Source: Octopus sinensis | Lineage: Eukaryota | Reading direction: 5' to 3' | DNA: 64,000 nucleotides | Assembly: GCF_006345805.1 (NCBI RefSeq) | Contig: NC_043003.1 | Location: 33,976,001 to 34,040,000 of the forward strand | Shown here: positions 14,365 to 29,565 of the stretch, piece by piece | Position numbering within the stretch: the first letter of the stretch is position 1 | Layout: each line of letters begins with the position of its first letter | Made by a program: the position numbers and the translations under genes | Notes under the pieces: generated by a model | What the model was told of the DNA's origin: nothing | Seen by the model: only the letters and a program-made list of their open reading frames with translations | Database searches by the model: none

Positions 14365-14570
14365 TTGTCTCACTGTATCCATTGGCCCTGGCAGGCAAAT
14401 TTAGTGGCTTTTCGTCCGTCTTCACGTTCTGATTTCGAATTCCACCGAGGTCGACTTTGCCTTTCATTCATTCCAAGTCGATGAAATGAGGACTAGTAGA
14501 GCCCTGAGGTCGCTGTAATCAACCACATGACTTACCCAAAAATTTCTGGATTTGTGTATACAGTAGAAAT
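14365..14570 (+). mobile_element. Deu/Nin-like SINE copy, diverged
   Basis: ttccaccgaggtcgactttgcctttcattcattcc. Confidence 0.7.
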
Positions 14571-14639
14571 GATTATTAAATCTATTATATGCTACATTAT
14601 TTAGAAGGAAATTTATCTCCAGATATTGTCACAATTCTC

Positions 14640-15600
14640 AGATCTCAAGAATCTCGTTTAGGTTTCTTGCAGAATACAGGATAACTTTTTGTTGCTGATG
14701 GACAGTGCGAGTCTCCATTCTGATATCATTCAGCTCCTTAGGAGCAGTTTGGGTGTTGTACAAAGTGCACCAACTACCACAAGAACAACTGTCAAGTTAG
14801 TCTTCCACAGTCTCTTCATCTTTCTGGTTCGGTGCTGTTATTTTAAAATATTCTTAATTGCTTCAGTATCCACTCTATTGTCATGATGTTACAAAAGTAT
14901 CTCATCTTACACTTTTTGGCATCTACAATCATATCTAGTTTTCTTGCTTCAATAGACGATCAGTTGTTAAAGGGAAGTCTCATAAAATCCTATAACTATT
15001 ATCGTCTATAGCCTTTGGCTTCAGTTCATATCCCATTTGGGACCTAACATCCCAAAGCACGCTTTACAGACATTATCATTTCTGCACTTGTCCTTTTTTT
15101 TTGTAGCTTACTGCATTCATTTTAGAGATGGCTAATACTTTCTTCTCCTTTCCTACACACGTTACATTTCCTCTCTCACGGAGCTTTCTCAATTTTTGGT
15201 TGTATCAAATTTCTTCTAATAGCTTGTTCCTGAGTAGCTATAATTACCAATTCCAATTCTGGGCTTAGGTTTCCATATGTCAACTACAATCAACGCTCAC
15301 AACTTCCAGCTTCCTTGGCTTGTTGCATAAATTGCTCATATATTCATTTTTTTTCCTGGCCATTTGTCTTGTCCTTCTTACTTTTTTGACTTCTCTTACT
15401 GGTTTTACAACTTTATAGATATTTTTAGCTGCCGATACTTTTTTACCAACAACATAATTTTTTTCAAATTCAAGATCGCAGTACTGATAGTGTCTTCCGC
15501 ATTTAACACAGCCCTGTCAGCTCCTTTTCTTGCTAGGTATAGTCTTTCGGTATTACTTTTTGGGTAGTGTGCGTTATGCCTTGCGAGGTGTTTCCTAGTT
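14640..15600 (-). pseudogene. Heavily decayed R4/Dong-clade LINE 3' part (RT end and RLE)
   Basis: Minus strand gives LARHNAHYPKSNTERLYLARKG and KRLWKTNLTVVLVVVGAL, typical R4/Dong motifs, with many stops. Confidence 0.6.
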
Positions 15601-15764
15601 CTATCTCAATAACGTAGCTCTGCCCTTACCCATTATAGAAAAGGACCATGGCCTATGTATTAATTGTGTTAATAATGTTCCATCCATCTGATTTTGTTGC
15701 TGATGTTCAAGTGGTCATCATCGTCATCACCATTATCATTATTATTATCATCATTAATATTGAT

Positions 15765-15899
15765 TGAGAGCAGCGCATGCTACCAAAGCCACATTGAGGT
15801 ACAAACATACGAATCCCAATATACCCCCACGATTACTTGTCTGATAAGTGTATCACAGGCACATGCGTTACAACCATGTGTGTGCGACATGGTAATCTT

Positions 15900-15900
<1 letters not shown>
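15765..15900 (-). mobile_element. Diverged 3' fragment of the 17201-17785 retroposon family
   Basis: gagagcagcgcatgctaccaaagccaca...gcgacatggtaatct aligns with 17201-17340. Confidence 0.6.
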
Positions 15901-17200
<1,300 letters not shown>

Positions 17201-17782
17201 GAGTGAGAGAGCAGTTCATGCCATCAAAGTGACACTGGGGTAAAATATACGAAGCCCAATATACCCATCATGACTACCCGTCTGATAAAGGTACACCAGG
17301 CACATGCATCACAACCATATGTGCGCGACATGGTGATCTCATATCACGATAAACAGCACATGACCTTGCAGGTGGGGCCCAGTTAGAATTTTATTCAGGT
17401 TGAGTAGCCCATCCCGCTCAAACGGTCCCTGAATAAGGGTTGTTTAAGGATGTTGAAAGAACCACCCATGTTTCCAGAGGTGAACTATTCAAACCCCAAA
17501 GAATCCCTCTCAACACATGGCTATGATGCTCCCCCACTACTTCTGCTCGTGATCAGAGATGCACATATCGTCAGCCACTAAGGGACATGCTCAACTGGTT
17601 AAGGTCAAACAACTGACAAGCAAATCTGTGGTACTGAGCAGAATATTTGCTGTAGCCCATCTTTTATACCAAGACAAAACAATGTACATGATAACACTTC
17701 CAATCAGTTAAGATCAGAAGCCATGAGAGCCACTGCCTGGTACTGCATCAGGGCATTGCTCCCCCACTACTTCTGCTCGTGA

Positions 17783-17785
<3 letters not shown>
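17201..17785 (-). mobile_element. Abundant non-coding retroposon with (AAT)n tail
   Basis: Minus-strand end actgctctctcactc(aat)n; other fragments at 15765-15900 and 52020-52200; 29-bp duplication 17527-17555 = 17757-17785. Confidence 0.65.
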
Positions 17786-17881
<96 letters not shown>

Positions 17882-18202
17882 TATTATTATTATTATTATT
17901 TTCTCTTTCTCAAAGGTTTTGTTGGAGCTCCTGGAGTCTTGCAAGCGGTGCGGGCTTACTACCTGCAGCCTACGGTACCTTGCTCTTCGTTATTTTCAGC
18001 TATTTAATACTTTGCTGATTATTCTGGCCGTACCAAGGAGGCAAATCTTTTGTACTAATTCTACTGGGCACTCTATTCTAGTTTCGTTTATATTCTCCTT
18101 GATGCTTTCTGATACTGTTCTCAAGGACCCAACAATAACTGGCACTATCTTCACCTTCTTCATTTTCCATAGAAGGGCTATTTCGTACTTAAGAGTGTAG
18201 TA

Positions 18203-18247
<45 letters not shown>

Positions 18248-18530
18248 ATCTATCTATCTATTTGTCTATCATCTATCTATCTGGTCTTCTTCCTTGTTGA
18301 CTAGTTGTGGGTCAAAGGGGCATGCACACATCAACTATGTAGCATATATGGTGCACCTTGTCGATCACCGCTAGGTCCAGTCTGTTATGCTCTAGTACCT
18401 GATTTGTTTGGATTGGGAAATCCCAGAGGTTTTTGCTAGTCTCCGACTCTGCCACTCCCTGCAGTCTGTGCTCATACCACGTCTTGCCTCTCTCTTACCC
18501 CCACTTTTTACCACAGTTTCGTGGTGTGCG
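17786..18530 (-). mobile_element. R4/Dong-clade LINE 3' end with (AAT)n tail, interrupted by a (CT)n/(ATCT)n tract at ~18200-18285
   Basis: Minus strand WYEHRLQGVAESETSKNLWDFPIQTNQVLEHNRLDL and LWKMKKVKIVPVIVGSL...QKICLLGTARII. Confidence 0.85.
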
Positions 18531-20519
18531 GTATTTTATTTATGATGATTTGAAGTTCAGTATTTCTTTCTAAATTTAGTTAGTGCGCATTATACACTAT
18601 AGATTATCTGCTGTACTTTGTTAAAAGATACTCTGGGAGTGTTGCGTATACTGTAGAGAAATTAACAAACTAGATTTCTATATAGGGGAGATATATATTT
18701 CTCATTCGTTTCACAAGTCAAAGTTGGAGTTTCTCATTGTTCATTCAGGAAAGTGCATCAGGTTGCAGAAAATGTTTAAAATAGGATTTTTGCAGATTTA
18801 AAAATACTGAGATATGTCTTGAAATTTAAATTAAAAATAAAAACCGTTATTGATGGATTGCCTTTTATCACAGCAGAATTGAGCTATACTTCTACACGTT
18901 ATTGCTTTTTATCGTATGTTCAAACGAATCAATGGACGTAATGTAAAATTCCATAGGTTGATACTCTACACACTCAGCTATCTGCAGTTTGAAAAGCAAC
19001 ATGGAGAAAAAGTAAGAGGTTAGCAAATGTTGACAGATCTCACTTTAAATTTCTTCATATTTCGAAAAAGAAATAATAAAATTTTATTACCCTGTAGGGC
19101 GTTAACTGTAGTTGCATAAAATCTTGGTGGGGAATTAAAAATGATTTAACCATTGTCAAACATGTGGCACTAGCGAATTAAAAGTAACAGTTTTCGGTGA
19201 CGAGACAGTGCTTAATAATAACAATATGTTTATGCATGAACTAAGTCAAGAAAACAATAAGATAAGTTCAACATACATACTTCACATCCACACTGAAGTT
19301 CATATGACGTTATGTGCTAACCTTAAACTTAATACGACACTTCTGAATGAGTCAGAGGCTTACACATTTTAGCTGCCTTTAAGATCAATCTGATGGATAA
19401 GATAATTGCCATTGACCCTTCTTTTGACAGCCTACTGATTCCAAAATGTCGAAAGTTTTATTTGTCACTTTCGTCTTTCGGTTTTCTTTACTGTTTCTTT
19501 TTTCAATTTGTTTGTTTCTATTTTTCTTCTTCATATATATTCACCTGCTTCATTCACCTTTTATACTCTAGCCGTCTAACCTTTTTGCAGTTCTTCCGTT
19601 CTTTCGTTTCCTTCAAACCTACATCCATTAGTATGTCGAATTCTACGTCAGCTCTTCTATGTTTTCCTTTTATTTTCCTTACATATTTTTTCTTCGTTCT
19701 AAAACAGAACATTTCTACCCATCCACCCATTTTCAGGTTCCTTTCTTTCTTTACTACTTGTCTTAACCATCTTTTAGGATTCAAGCCACGTCTTCAAAAT
19801 ACTACTATATTCCTTTTTATTGCTTCTCCACTCTTTCCTATTCATCAACTGTCAGTCTTTTCTTAGTTTCTTCCCAACTCTCACCACATGCACCATCCTA
19901 TCCACAATCACTTGCTCTTTTTTCTTTCTTATTTATTTCTAAAACTTTTCTTTATCCCTTTTTGTTTGTTTTTTTTTGTGTTTTTTGTTTGTTATTTTTC
20001 TTTTTCTTTCTCGGAGAAAGGAAAGATCCCTTCATCACACTCTCTCACAAACTTCTTTATCTCTAATTTGCTTAATTTTTTCCTCGTCATAACAAACGCT
20101 CACTCTCTGAAACGCTAGAATTACACACATCATTCTCTCATTATTTCTCTTTCTCTCACACTTTCTTTTCTCTCTCTCTCTCTCTCACTCCCTTCTTCAT
20201 ACTCTTTCATCCTCTCTCATGCATACACTCTCACTCTCCCTCCCCATCTTTATGGCTCACCCCATCTCCCTCTTTATAAACTGCTCAACTGCACTGAAAG
20301 CCATTTTATACCCTGTCACAACCAATTTCCTATCGATCTTTGCAACAGTAAATCCAGTAAGTTGTTGTTAGTGTTGTTGTTGTTGCTGGTTTATTGTTGT
20401 TTTTCTTTTTGTGTTTTAATCCACCCTTTTTACTTAACCTTTTATTATACAACCTCTTCTGGAGTTGACTGGCTTCATCATTCTTATATCACATTATATA
20501 TGTTTTGTGTTTTTGTGTA

Positions 20520-20529
20520 TGTACGTATG

Positions 20530-20591
<62 letters not shown>

Positions 20592-20600
20592 GTATGTATG

Positions 20601-20632
<32 letters not shown>

Positions 20633-20752
20633 AATATATATATATATATGTATATATATGTATATATATGTATATATATATATGTATATGCATATATATA
20701 TATATATGTATATAAGTGTATATATACACATATATATACAAACATATATATA

Positions 20753-20809
<57 letters not shown>

Positions 20810-20880
20810 TATGTATGTATGCATGTATGTATGTTTGTATGTTTGTATGGATGGATGGATGGATGTATGCTTGTATATAT
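20520..20880. repeat. Compound (AT)n/(ATGT)n microsatellite
   Basis: Direct inspection. Confidence 0.9.
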
Positions 20881-23399
20881 ATATAATATCCTTACATATA
20901 ATATATTTTATTTATATGTTGAAATATCTATATACAAAATTTTTTTTCTTCTCCTTTACATGCTGTCAGGAAGAGCTGTCACCATCAAAATAGTTGTTTG
21001 TGAACATGCTGTTACTAAATATATATATAAAATTTGCAGTGTTTAAGCATGTTCGTTTAGTTGTATGTAAGTAGGTTATTTTCTGTAAATGTTTACATAT
21101 AGTCATGTACATAGATATGCCTAGGTTTATTAATGCATGCATGCATGTAAGGGAAGAAACACGGCTATCTGTATTGTATGTATACTTAGTTGTGTTGGAA
21201 AATAATTCATGTGTACGAGTATATGTATTTATAAATGCATACATGTTCCGAAAGTTTCTATCCTATATATGCGTTTAATTTAGAATGAATACATCTGCGT
21301 ATATACAATTTATAAAATCACAACACACAAATAAACACGCAAATAGATGCGTACATACGTACATACATAAATGCGTACATACGTACATACATACATGCAT
21401 GCATGCACGCACACACGCATTCATACACACATGTTTGTGCGCGCGTGCATATGTTTTGAGTAAGTAATTATATATAAACCTTATACACATGTGTGTGTGC
21501 GTGTGTGCGTGTGTGTCTGTGTATATGTGTTTATGTTTGTGTGTGTGCATGCATGTGTGCGTGTATGTGTTTGTATGTGTGTACATAAAAACATGGCTTT
21601 GCAATATCAGATCAAATTATATAATTATTTGTGAAGTAATATATGCAGTGAGCAACTATGGGCTTGCATATATTTGTTCAATAAGCATGTATATACATCT
21701 ATCTCTCCCTTCCCTGTCACTCTCTCTCACTCTCTCTCTCTTTCTCTCTTATTCTCTCCCTTTGTTAGTGATGCTGCCAGATGTAGCCACCGTTCTTCTC
21801 ATCATTAATTATCGGCTCTCGGGCATCATCTACAAGCAATGTGTTACCTCAATTTAAATTTGAACTACTTCAATGAAAAGGGAGTCAAAATGAAATTATA
21901 TAAGGGGAACACAAAAGACTTGCTCTTTACAACTGCAGAATCGTATAATCATTGCTCATGTCTGTGGGATCGTCTTCACTCTCTCTGAACACGAACAACG
22001 CCAAATTAAAGCACCTGAAATCCTTACAATTGCCAGACCTCACAGTTACAGATGACTTTTTCTGACAAACACCATATATATATAATAGCAAAAATTTGAT
22101 CCACACAATTATCTGTCATCATTCCAGCAAGAAAAAAAAGCTTAAACAGCTACTGATGGGCTACACAGCTCAAACCCGATCGATACCGGTATAATGATCC
22201 ATTCAGGAATGGCGCTTGTACTTGCCACAAAAATCATGCTGGTCTGCAATCAGTTGGATGGCAAGTAGTCTACCAGCAACACACTCTAGCGTCTTGTCCG
22301 CAGATACACCATTGCTTCACTCTGTCTCTAGTACGGCTACGACGATCCCTCAAGATAGTGGCTTGCAATCTTTACACAATATTCTGTTTCATAACCATGT
22401 CGCTTCTTCTTGCCTTCTTGTATGCTGGTGTTCCCTGGCCTGACGGTGCATTGATCGCTTTATCGCCCTTCTTACCTAGGATGTCAAGCTTCTGGAATTT
22501 AGCTTCCTCCCTAAATTCTTTTCTACGAGATATCACTCGAAATAGATTAAGATGTACGACAACTACCTAAAACTGAGCAGTCTTACATGGATCACGAAGA
22601 CAAAGATGAGAGAATCTGTCTTTTGAACAAAATCATAGAATGAAAAAGTAAACTAATTCATAGTACCCCGGTAAAATCGCAGTCTAATGACTGAAACAAA
22701 TAAAAGATAAAAAGTAAATGGCGTCTTCTGGCTGGTGGTGAAGTTCATTGTAATATGTAGATGAAATCTCACCGAGGTCAGCTTTCTCTTTTCGCGCTCC
22801 GGGTTGATAAAATACTGTACCGGTCAAATACTTAGTTCGATAGTAAAAATATATTTAAATAAATAAGTAAAAAAATGTTAAAAAAAATAAGGAACAAGGA
22901 ATGGACAACTTGTTGGATGAGTCGACACTATTGAAAGACGGATGAGTTTTTGGTGAGGTCAAGTATGGCGTTGACAAATGAAAAATAGTTCTGCGTCTAG
23001 CGTATTTTCTCTCTACCAGAGATATGTAGCAGCAAAAACAATGTGTTTACAAATATATTATCAATGAGTTTACAAATATAAACAATGTGTTTACAAATGT
23101 ATAACAGCAAAAACAATGTGATTACAAATATATTAGACACAAAAGTATACTTGAATGCATACATAAGAGCTATGAATATTCATCACAAGAACATACATAT
23201 ATTTGTATACAAAAGTATGCAAATATATATGTCTGCCTGTGCGCTTGATCTGTACATGTCTGCTTTAGTTACCACTTTTATTTTGTTTCGTTATTTTTTT
23301 CTTGGTTTTAGCCGTTCGACTGTGGTCATGATGGCCTAGTAGCATACAGAAATTTAGTCGGATAGGTACACAACTATATTTATTGTAATGATCAGAATG

Positions 23400-23900
23400 C
23401 TAACATAAACACAGACATACACCCACACACATGTACACACACACACACACACACACACACGTACACATACACATATACAGAGGGAGAGAGAAAGTAAGAG
23501 AGAGAAAGAGAGTCAGAGAAACACATAGAGAGAGACATATGCATACATACGTGTATGTATATATGCATACATACGTGTATGTATATATGCATACATACGT
23601 GTATGTATATATGCATACATATATACATACGTATATATGCACACACACACACACATATATATAGACATATATATATACATGCAATCATACCACACACGCG
23701 TACACTTTATATAATATATATGCATACATATACTATTTTTAAAAATATTTTTACAGTTTCTTACTTACATACATACATACATATATATATATACATACAA
23801 ACACACACACACATACACAAACATATACACATACATACACAAACATATACACATACATACACATACACATACCCCCCCCCACACACACACACACACATAA
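23400..23900. repeat. Compound (AC)n/(AG)n low-complexity tract with a 3x ~24-bp minisatellite (atatgcatacatacgtgtatgtat)
   Basis: Direct inspection. Confidence 0.8.
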
Positions 23901-24193
23901 AACGATGTAGAGGCATATCCAGACTATCAGTGAACGTAAAACTATGAATAACAGAAAAAACTACACTACACCTGTTACATTGCTAACAATGAAAATAAAT
24001 GAAATAATCAGTATTTGAACCCGGTTTGGAAAGAAGCTGGTACATAAGCACTTACTAAACTATCGTAAGTAAATGGGTAAGTTTAGTAATGGCCACAATG
24101 CTTCTAAATATATTACAAATATACATTACTCAATGGAGTATTTTGCACTTGTCCGTAGCAAATAACAACGTGTATGTATATATATATACACAC

Positions 24194-24266
<73 letters not shown>

Positions 24267-25354
24267 ACATACTTATTATATTTAGAGACGCACACATACA
24301 TATGTATGCGTGTGCCCTTGTATGTGTGTGTGTGTGTGTATGTGTGTGTTTGTCTGCGTGTGTGCGTATGTGTTTGTACTAAATACTTGATGTCGACGTC
24401 CGTAATATAATTATCAAGCGACATGGAACACCAATTTTCACAACTTGAAGAAACATTAATTGTTAGTGTGTTGCGTTAATCGACGAGAGATAAATACTGA
24501 AAAATAGGCAGGCAGAAGAAACAGACATCCATATATTTCACATTAATTTTATCAGTCAATATATGAAACACTTAAGTAATGTTATTGATTTCTTTTGATG
24601 AGGTTCTAAGATCATTTTTGCCGGGAATTAAAGTCGATTGTTTTGATCAGAATACGTGAATAACGAATCTATTAAGAAATTTTGGGAAAGACTGTAAACT
24701 ACAAAACCCATCTGTCAGTAGTTAAAGGCGCTTAGTGACGTTATTTATTCGTGTAAAACGAATAAATCCCTCCGCTAGCGAATATTTTCATGTATGGAAA
24801 AATTTCGAAAGAAGAGATACAAGTAAACCACACCGAAGCGGTTTAAACAAGCTGAAAGAATGGACACGATGATTTTGGTAGAAAACAGTTTGATGACTGA
24901 CAACCGGGAAGATAATGGAAGTAGATGGCATCACTTTCTGTTCTTCTATGGCTTCTCAACACTGGTTTTCATTTGGCGCCGCAACGTCTAAATATTTTTA
25001 TCGTTCTCAAAAGTCAAAGTTGTTGGCGGCCAAAGTTGTTCTCATTTCAAATCACTGGGGTATATGGTACCAGTATTCTGCTCTTTCTGACAATATACCT
25101 TTCTGGCTCCATCTCTGAAGTAGGTATTACCAAAATTTCAGAACGTATAACTCATACCAAACAGACATTGCATTACTGAAAAACCTTTCTTTCAAGAAAT
25201 ACTTTCGAGTAACTGTCAGTTGATGAAAATCTGTCAAAATGAGAAGCAGTGATTCGTGAACTGTGTCATCGAAGTGGTAATATTGCGTGTTGTTAAGAAT
25301 ATCTAAACTTCTAGCACTTCAGAACTTGAAAAAGACGCTTTTACAATATTAGTT

Positions 25355-25545
25355 TCAAATTTTGGTACAAGGTCAGCAATGTCGGAACAGAGATTCAGTC
25401 GATTTTAGCGACCTCAATGACCAACTGATGAAAGGATGAAAGGCAAAGTTGACCTCGGCAGAATTTGGACTCAGAACATAAAGACAGACAAAATGCCTCT
25501 AAATATTTTGCCCGGCTTGCTAACGACTTTGTTAGCTTGCCGCCT
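25355..25545 (-). mobile_element. Deu/Nin-like SINE copy, internally deleted
   Basis: aaggatgaaaggcaaagttgacctcggcagaatttggactcagaac. Confidence 0.75.
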
Positions 25546-25562
25546 TGAAGAAGTCTTTATAA

Positions 25563-25781
25563 CAGTGGTTTTCAACCAGGGTTCCGCGGAATCTTAGGGT
25601 TCCGCCAGTACAGTCCAGGGGTTCCGCAAGAAGTTACAAAACTGCTAAAATCAGCAGTAATTTTTAATTCTCCTGTGCAGATATGTGTGCATAAGACTAT
25701 TAGATTATTGCACAGGGGTTCCTCGAGCCAGTGGAATGTTTCCTTGGGGTTCCGCTCCAGCAAAAAGTTTGAAAAGCACTG
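25563..25781. mobile_element. hAT-superfamily MITE, 219 bp
   Basis: TIRs cagtggttttcaa / ttgaaaagcactg; perfect 8-bp TSD ctttataa at 25555-25562 and 25782-25789. Confidence 0.92.
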
Positions 25782-26779
25782 CTTTATAATATTAATATAA
25801 ACTGAACGGTATCTTTTAAAAGTACTTCAAAATCATATAAAGTGCGTGCTGTAAAATTTATATTGCTTCAGTTAAAAAGTAAAAGAACGGTCAAATATAA
25901 ATGTAATATAATCTGTGGATTAGTTAGGTCAGCCGCACTTGATATATAACAGCTGGCTGATATTTCAATCGTTTATAAATATAAACGACCAGAATTTCTA
26001 TATAATAAGAACGATAGAAATGGATCCTTACATTTCCTCAGAAGCTACAGTTCGATGTTTCAGGCTAACTGTAATCGATCTACGATACACCTGTTACATA
26101 TTTTTCTTTCTTTTCTTTTCCTTACAGAGAAATGTGTATGGTGAAATGAACTCTAGTGAGATTAACATTAAAAATGTACGAAGATTTAATTAAATGCTCT
26201 AAATCGAAGTATTCTACCTTAACATTTCATTATCTTAACAAATGTTATGAATATTAAAATAACGGAAAGTTTATATCAGTATATATTACAGAGAAAATTG
26301 AAATCTTATGGGGAAATCTATAATGTGCTTCTATCGTTGAAAAATTAACCTCATAAGCACTAAAGACATTTACATTAAAATTTATTATATTTTCATTGGG
26401 AGAATACTACATCTACACTATACTTGTGCTGAACACTGTCTTGCATTGGACAAAGTATTCATATAACGTATATAAGCAGAGGAAGAAAAAATTTTCTACC
26501 GGATAAAGTTTCGCTCTTACTTTAGCAAAGACATATATTTATAACTGGGCTAAAATGTGAATTTATAAAAAAAATTAACCCCTATTTATTTATTTATTTA
26601 TTTTTGTTGGCTTTTCGATTCATAGCATGTTTATGTTAGAACTATAATGGTAAATTGGAACATACATTCACACACACACAAACAAACACACATACATGCA
26701 TACACATGTAAATGTTTGTATCGACGCGTATTTATATATACTTTTATGCCAATACCAATACAGTGTTATATATATATAC

Positions 26780-27010
26780 AGTTGGCAGAAGCGTTAGCAC
26801 GCTGGGCAAAATGCTTAGTATTTCGTCTGCTGTTACTTTCTGAGTTCAAATTCTGCCGAGGTCGACTTTGCCTTTCATCCTTTCGGGGGTCGATTAAATA
26901 AGTTTCAGTTACGCACTGGGGTCGATGTAATCGACATAATCCCCATTGTCTGTCCTTGTTTGTCCCCTCTATGTTTAGACCTCTGTGGACAATAAAGAAA
27001 TAAATACAGT
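26780..27010 (+). mobile_element. Deu/Nin-like SINE copy
   Basis: Full head-to-tail match to the family. Confidence 0.8.
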
Positions 27011-27191
27011 GTTACGTAACTGTCTGCAGACATGTGCATTTCTGTGACATTATAAATGTGTATATCGTGTACATGTGTATGTATACCTTTTAATGTGTGC
27101 ATATTCGTTTATGTGATGAAACTTTCCATAGCTTATCATATTTTTGTATCACAGAGGAGAGCAACTTTCCCTTATATACCAGTACTAAACC

Positions 27192-27345
27192 TACCAGGGC
27201 GTGCTAAAAAAGTTCCTGGCTGTAAGGCTACCGTGAAATGCCTGGCTGGAGGCCCAAACTTCCGATTTCTTTTACGGGGCTTTGAAAAACTGAAGGACTG
27301 CTGCAGTAAATGTGGGAATCTAAGAGGGTAATATGTTGAATATTC
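27192..27345 (+). mobile_element. Internally deleted mariner remnant
   Basis: TA plus a mariner-like terminus (taccagggcgtgctaaaaagttcc), then GFEKLKDCCSKCGNLRG*YVE, resembling a mariner transposase C-terminus. Confidence 0.55.
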
Positions 27346-27349
27346 TTTT

Positions 27350-27515
27350 ACTCTCTTTTACTTGTTTCAGTCATTTAGTCGAGCAAATCGACCCCAGAAC
27401 TTATTCGTTGTAAACCTAGTACTTATTCTATCGGTCTCTTTTGCCGAACCGCTAAGTTACGGGGGACGTAAACACACCAGCATCGGTTGCCAAGCGTTGT
27501 TGGGGAACAAACACA
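27350..27515 (+). mobile_element. SINE-like repeat (same family as 2150-2372), internally deleted
   Basis: cttgtttcagtcatt...gccgaaccgctaagttacgggggacgtaaacacaccagcatcgg. Confidence 0.75.
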
Positions 27516-27535
27516 GACACACATACATACATACA

Positions 27536-27595
<60 letters not shown>

Positions 27596-27618
27596 ATGTT
27601 ACATTACTCGGTAGTCAA

Positions 27619-27679
27619 GATAAAACTCTGAGTTTCAGATGCCGAAGTGGCAATCCACAACACCATCTCTTCGGTTATC
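27619..27679 (-). ncRNA. Type I hammerhead motif in the 3' pLTR (core CCGAAGA)
   Basis: GAUAA-CCGAAGA-GAUG...CAUC-U-GAA-ACUC-A-GAGU-U-UUAUC. Confidence 0.7.
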
Positions 27680-27944
27680 TGGCTATTTGAAAACGTTATG
27701 AAAAAATACCGTTAAATAAAGGGAAATTACTCTGTTATAACTCTGCTTGCCTGCGTACTTATACATCGCTCGCATTTTTCGTCATAAAAATTATATAAAA
27801 ATACATAAAAAATATATAAAAAATATATAAAAATATATAAAAATTCTTCTTGGGACATAACATAGAAAGCATGTTCTATCTGTTTTCTTTAGGAGACCAA
27901 AAACGTAACAGAAATTTAGTCACATGTGGGCATGATCCGAAAAG

Positions 27945-28870
27945 CTATGTCCTTGTGTTTAGACATGTAGTGGGGTCTAAGCTGCTTTTCCAGATAAGCC
28001 ATCTCTCCATGTCGCATAGACCGCACCTTCCGCTGCCGTTAGTATAGGGCCTACATCTGGCCAAAATCTTCCATTGTATGTTATAATCGACACCTTTATC
28101 TCTTAAAGACCAAATATGATTAGACAATTGTGTCGCTTTTCTTTTGTTCCAGTGCCTAAAGCTCAAAGTGTGGTTATTGAACCTGGCCTTGAAATTACCC
28201 TCTGTAAGGCCCACGTATTTCTTCGTCGAAACGGTGTCTTTAGTGGTTATAGAGTTTACGGTAGCTTCATATATGATGGTCTTGGACATGCAAGCTCCAT
28301 TTAGCGGGCACAATTCTTTATTCCTGCATGAACAGTTGTTTTCTTCTTGTGTTTTTTGTATGTTATGTTTGATTATGTTTTTAAAATTGGTAGTTGAACT
28401 AAAACTAATCTTTAAATTGTGTCTATTGAAGAGTTTCCTATAAGTATGGTTAACTGGAAAATGTCTATCTATCAGTGCTAGGAAATATTTACCTATATTG
28501 AAGGCCACCTCGGGTGAGTAAGGGGGCGTAAACCAGATGACCTTCCTCTTTCTATTATTCCTTTTCCTTACTGTTGGGCTAGTGATAGGTGTATATTTTA
28601 TTTTATCGCTAAAACCACTATCGTTTAAAGCCTTATTATAAACTGGGGCAACGCTATTGAAGATGTCCTCATCAGATGAGAGGCTAGAAATCCTCTTACT
28701 AATATTTTTAACTAAATTTTTGAATACTATAGGGGGATGGCATGAACCTGCATTAATATAACTTAGTCTATCATTGGGCTTCCTATAAGGCTTATAAATA
28801 TTCTTATTAAGATCTAAGGAAACGTCTAAGAAATTGACGACCGTCAGGTTAGTATCTATAGTTATACTAA
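27945..28870 (-). CDS. Truncated Penelope-like RT C-terminus and GIY-YIG endonuclease
   Basis: VNFLDVSLDL, KPYRKPN..YIN..S.HPP, WFTPPYS, CSC..KELCPLNGAC, IIYEATV...KYVGLTEGNFKARFNNH, CGLCDMERWLI, LN. The first ~46 aa of the tracked ORF (28871-29006) are antisense pLTR. A GAG>TAG change ends the ORF early; the other arm keeps ELFGSCPHVTKFLL. Confidence 0.9.
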
Positions 28871-29165
28871 GCAGCTTAGACCCTACTACATGTCTAAACA
28901 CAAGGACAGAGCTTTTCGGATCATGCCCACATGTGACTAAATTTCTGTTACGTTTTTGGTCCCCTAAAGAAAACAGATAGAACATGCTTTCTATGTTATG
29001 TCCCAAGAAGAATTTTTATATATTTTTATATATTTTTTACGTATTTTTATATAATTTTTATGACGAAAAATGCGAGCGATGTATAAGTACGCAGGCAAGC
29101 AGAGTTATAACAGAGTAATTTCCTTTTATTTAACGGTATTTTTTCATAACGTTTTCAAATAGCCA

Positions 29166-29226
29166 GATAACCGAAGAGATGGTGTTGTGGATTTCCACTT
29201 CGGCATCTGAAACTCAGAGTTTTATC
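29166..29226 (+). ncRNA. Type I hammerhead motif in the inverted pLTR (core CCGAAGA)
   Basis: gataa ccgaaga gatg gtgttgtggatttccacttcgg catc t gaa actc a gagt t ttatc; stems I, II and III all pair. Confidence 0.7.
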
Positions 29227-29565
29227 TTGAGTACCGAGTAATGTAACATATTGTATAGATAAATTTCCTCTATTTACATAATATTGAGGTCTCTTTCTTT
29301 CTTTTGTTATCTTACCGTTTTATCAATATATATATATATTTATCAATATCAGGATAGCAAAAAAGTCAAGAGAAATTTTTTCGCCACCAGCGGTCTAGTG
29401 AGAAAGAAAAAATAGTCAACAGACTATATAATTTACATTCAACAATAATATTAAGGAATGGCCTTGATAGGCCATTCGACTCACTAAAACGAGCAGCCAA
29501 ACTCAAACCGCTAAATAGTAGTAATTCAGAAACCAAAGGAAAATTGAAAACATTTAGCCTTATCA

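Larger units (their letters stand above)
27588..29257 (-). mobile_element. 5'-truncated Penelope-like element with inverted pseudo-LTRs
   Basis: Arms 27588-27987 and 28869-29257 are reverse complements (about 7 substitutions and 1 indel by eye) around an RT-thumb/GIY-YIG ORF. Confidence 0.93.

Noticed and set aside
19550-19900. Lys/Arg-rich minus-strand ORF
   Set aside because: Purine-biased, possibly an old LINE remnant, but with no diagnostic motif.
28871-29006. Apparent N-terminus of the 353-aa ORF (also the 65-aa ORF at 27850-28047)
   Set aside because: Antisense reading of the pLTR, not part of the Penelope protein.
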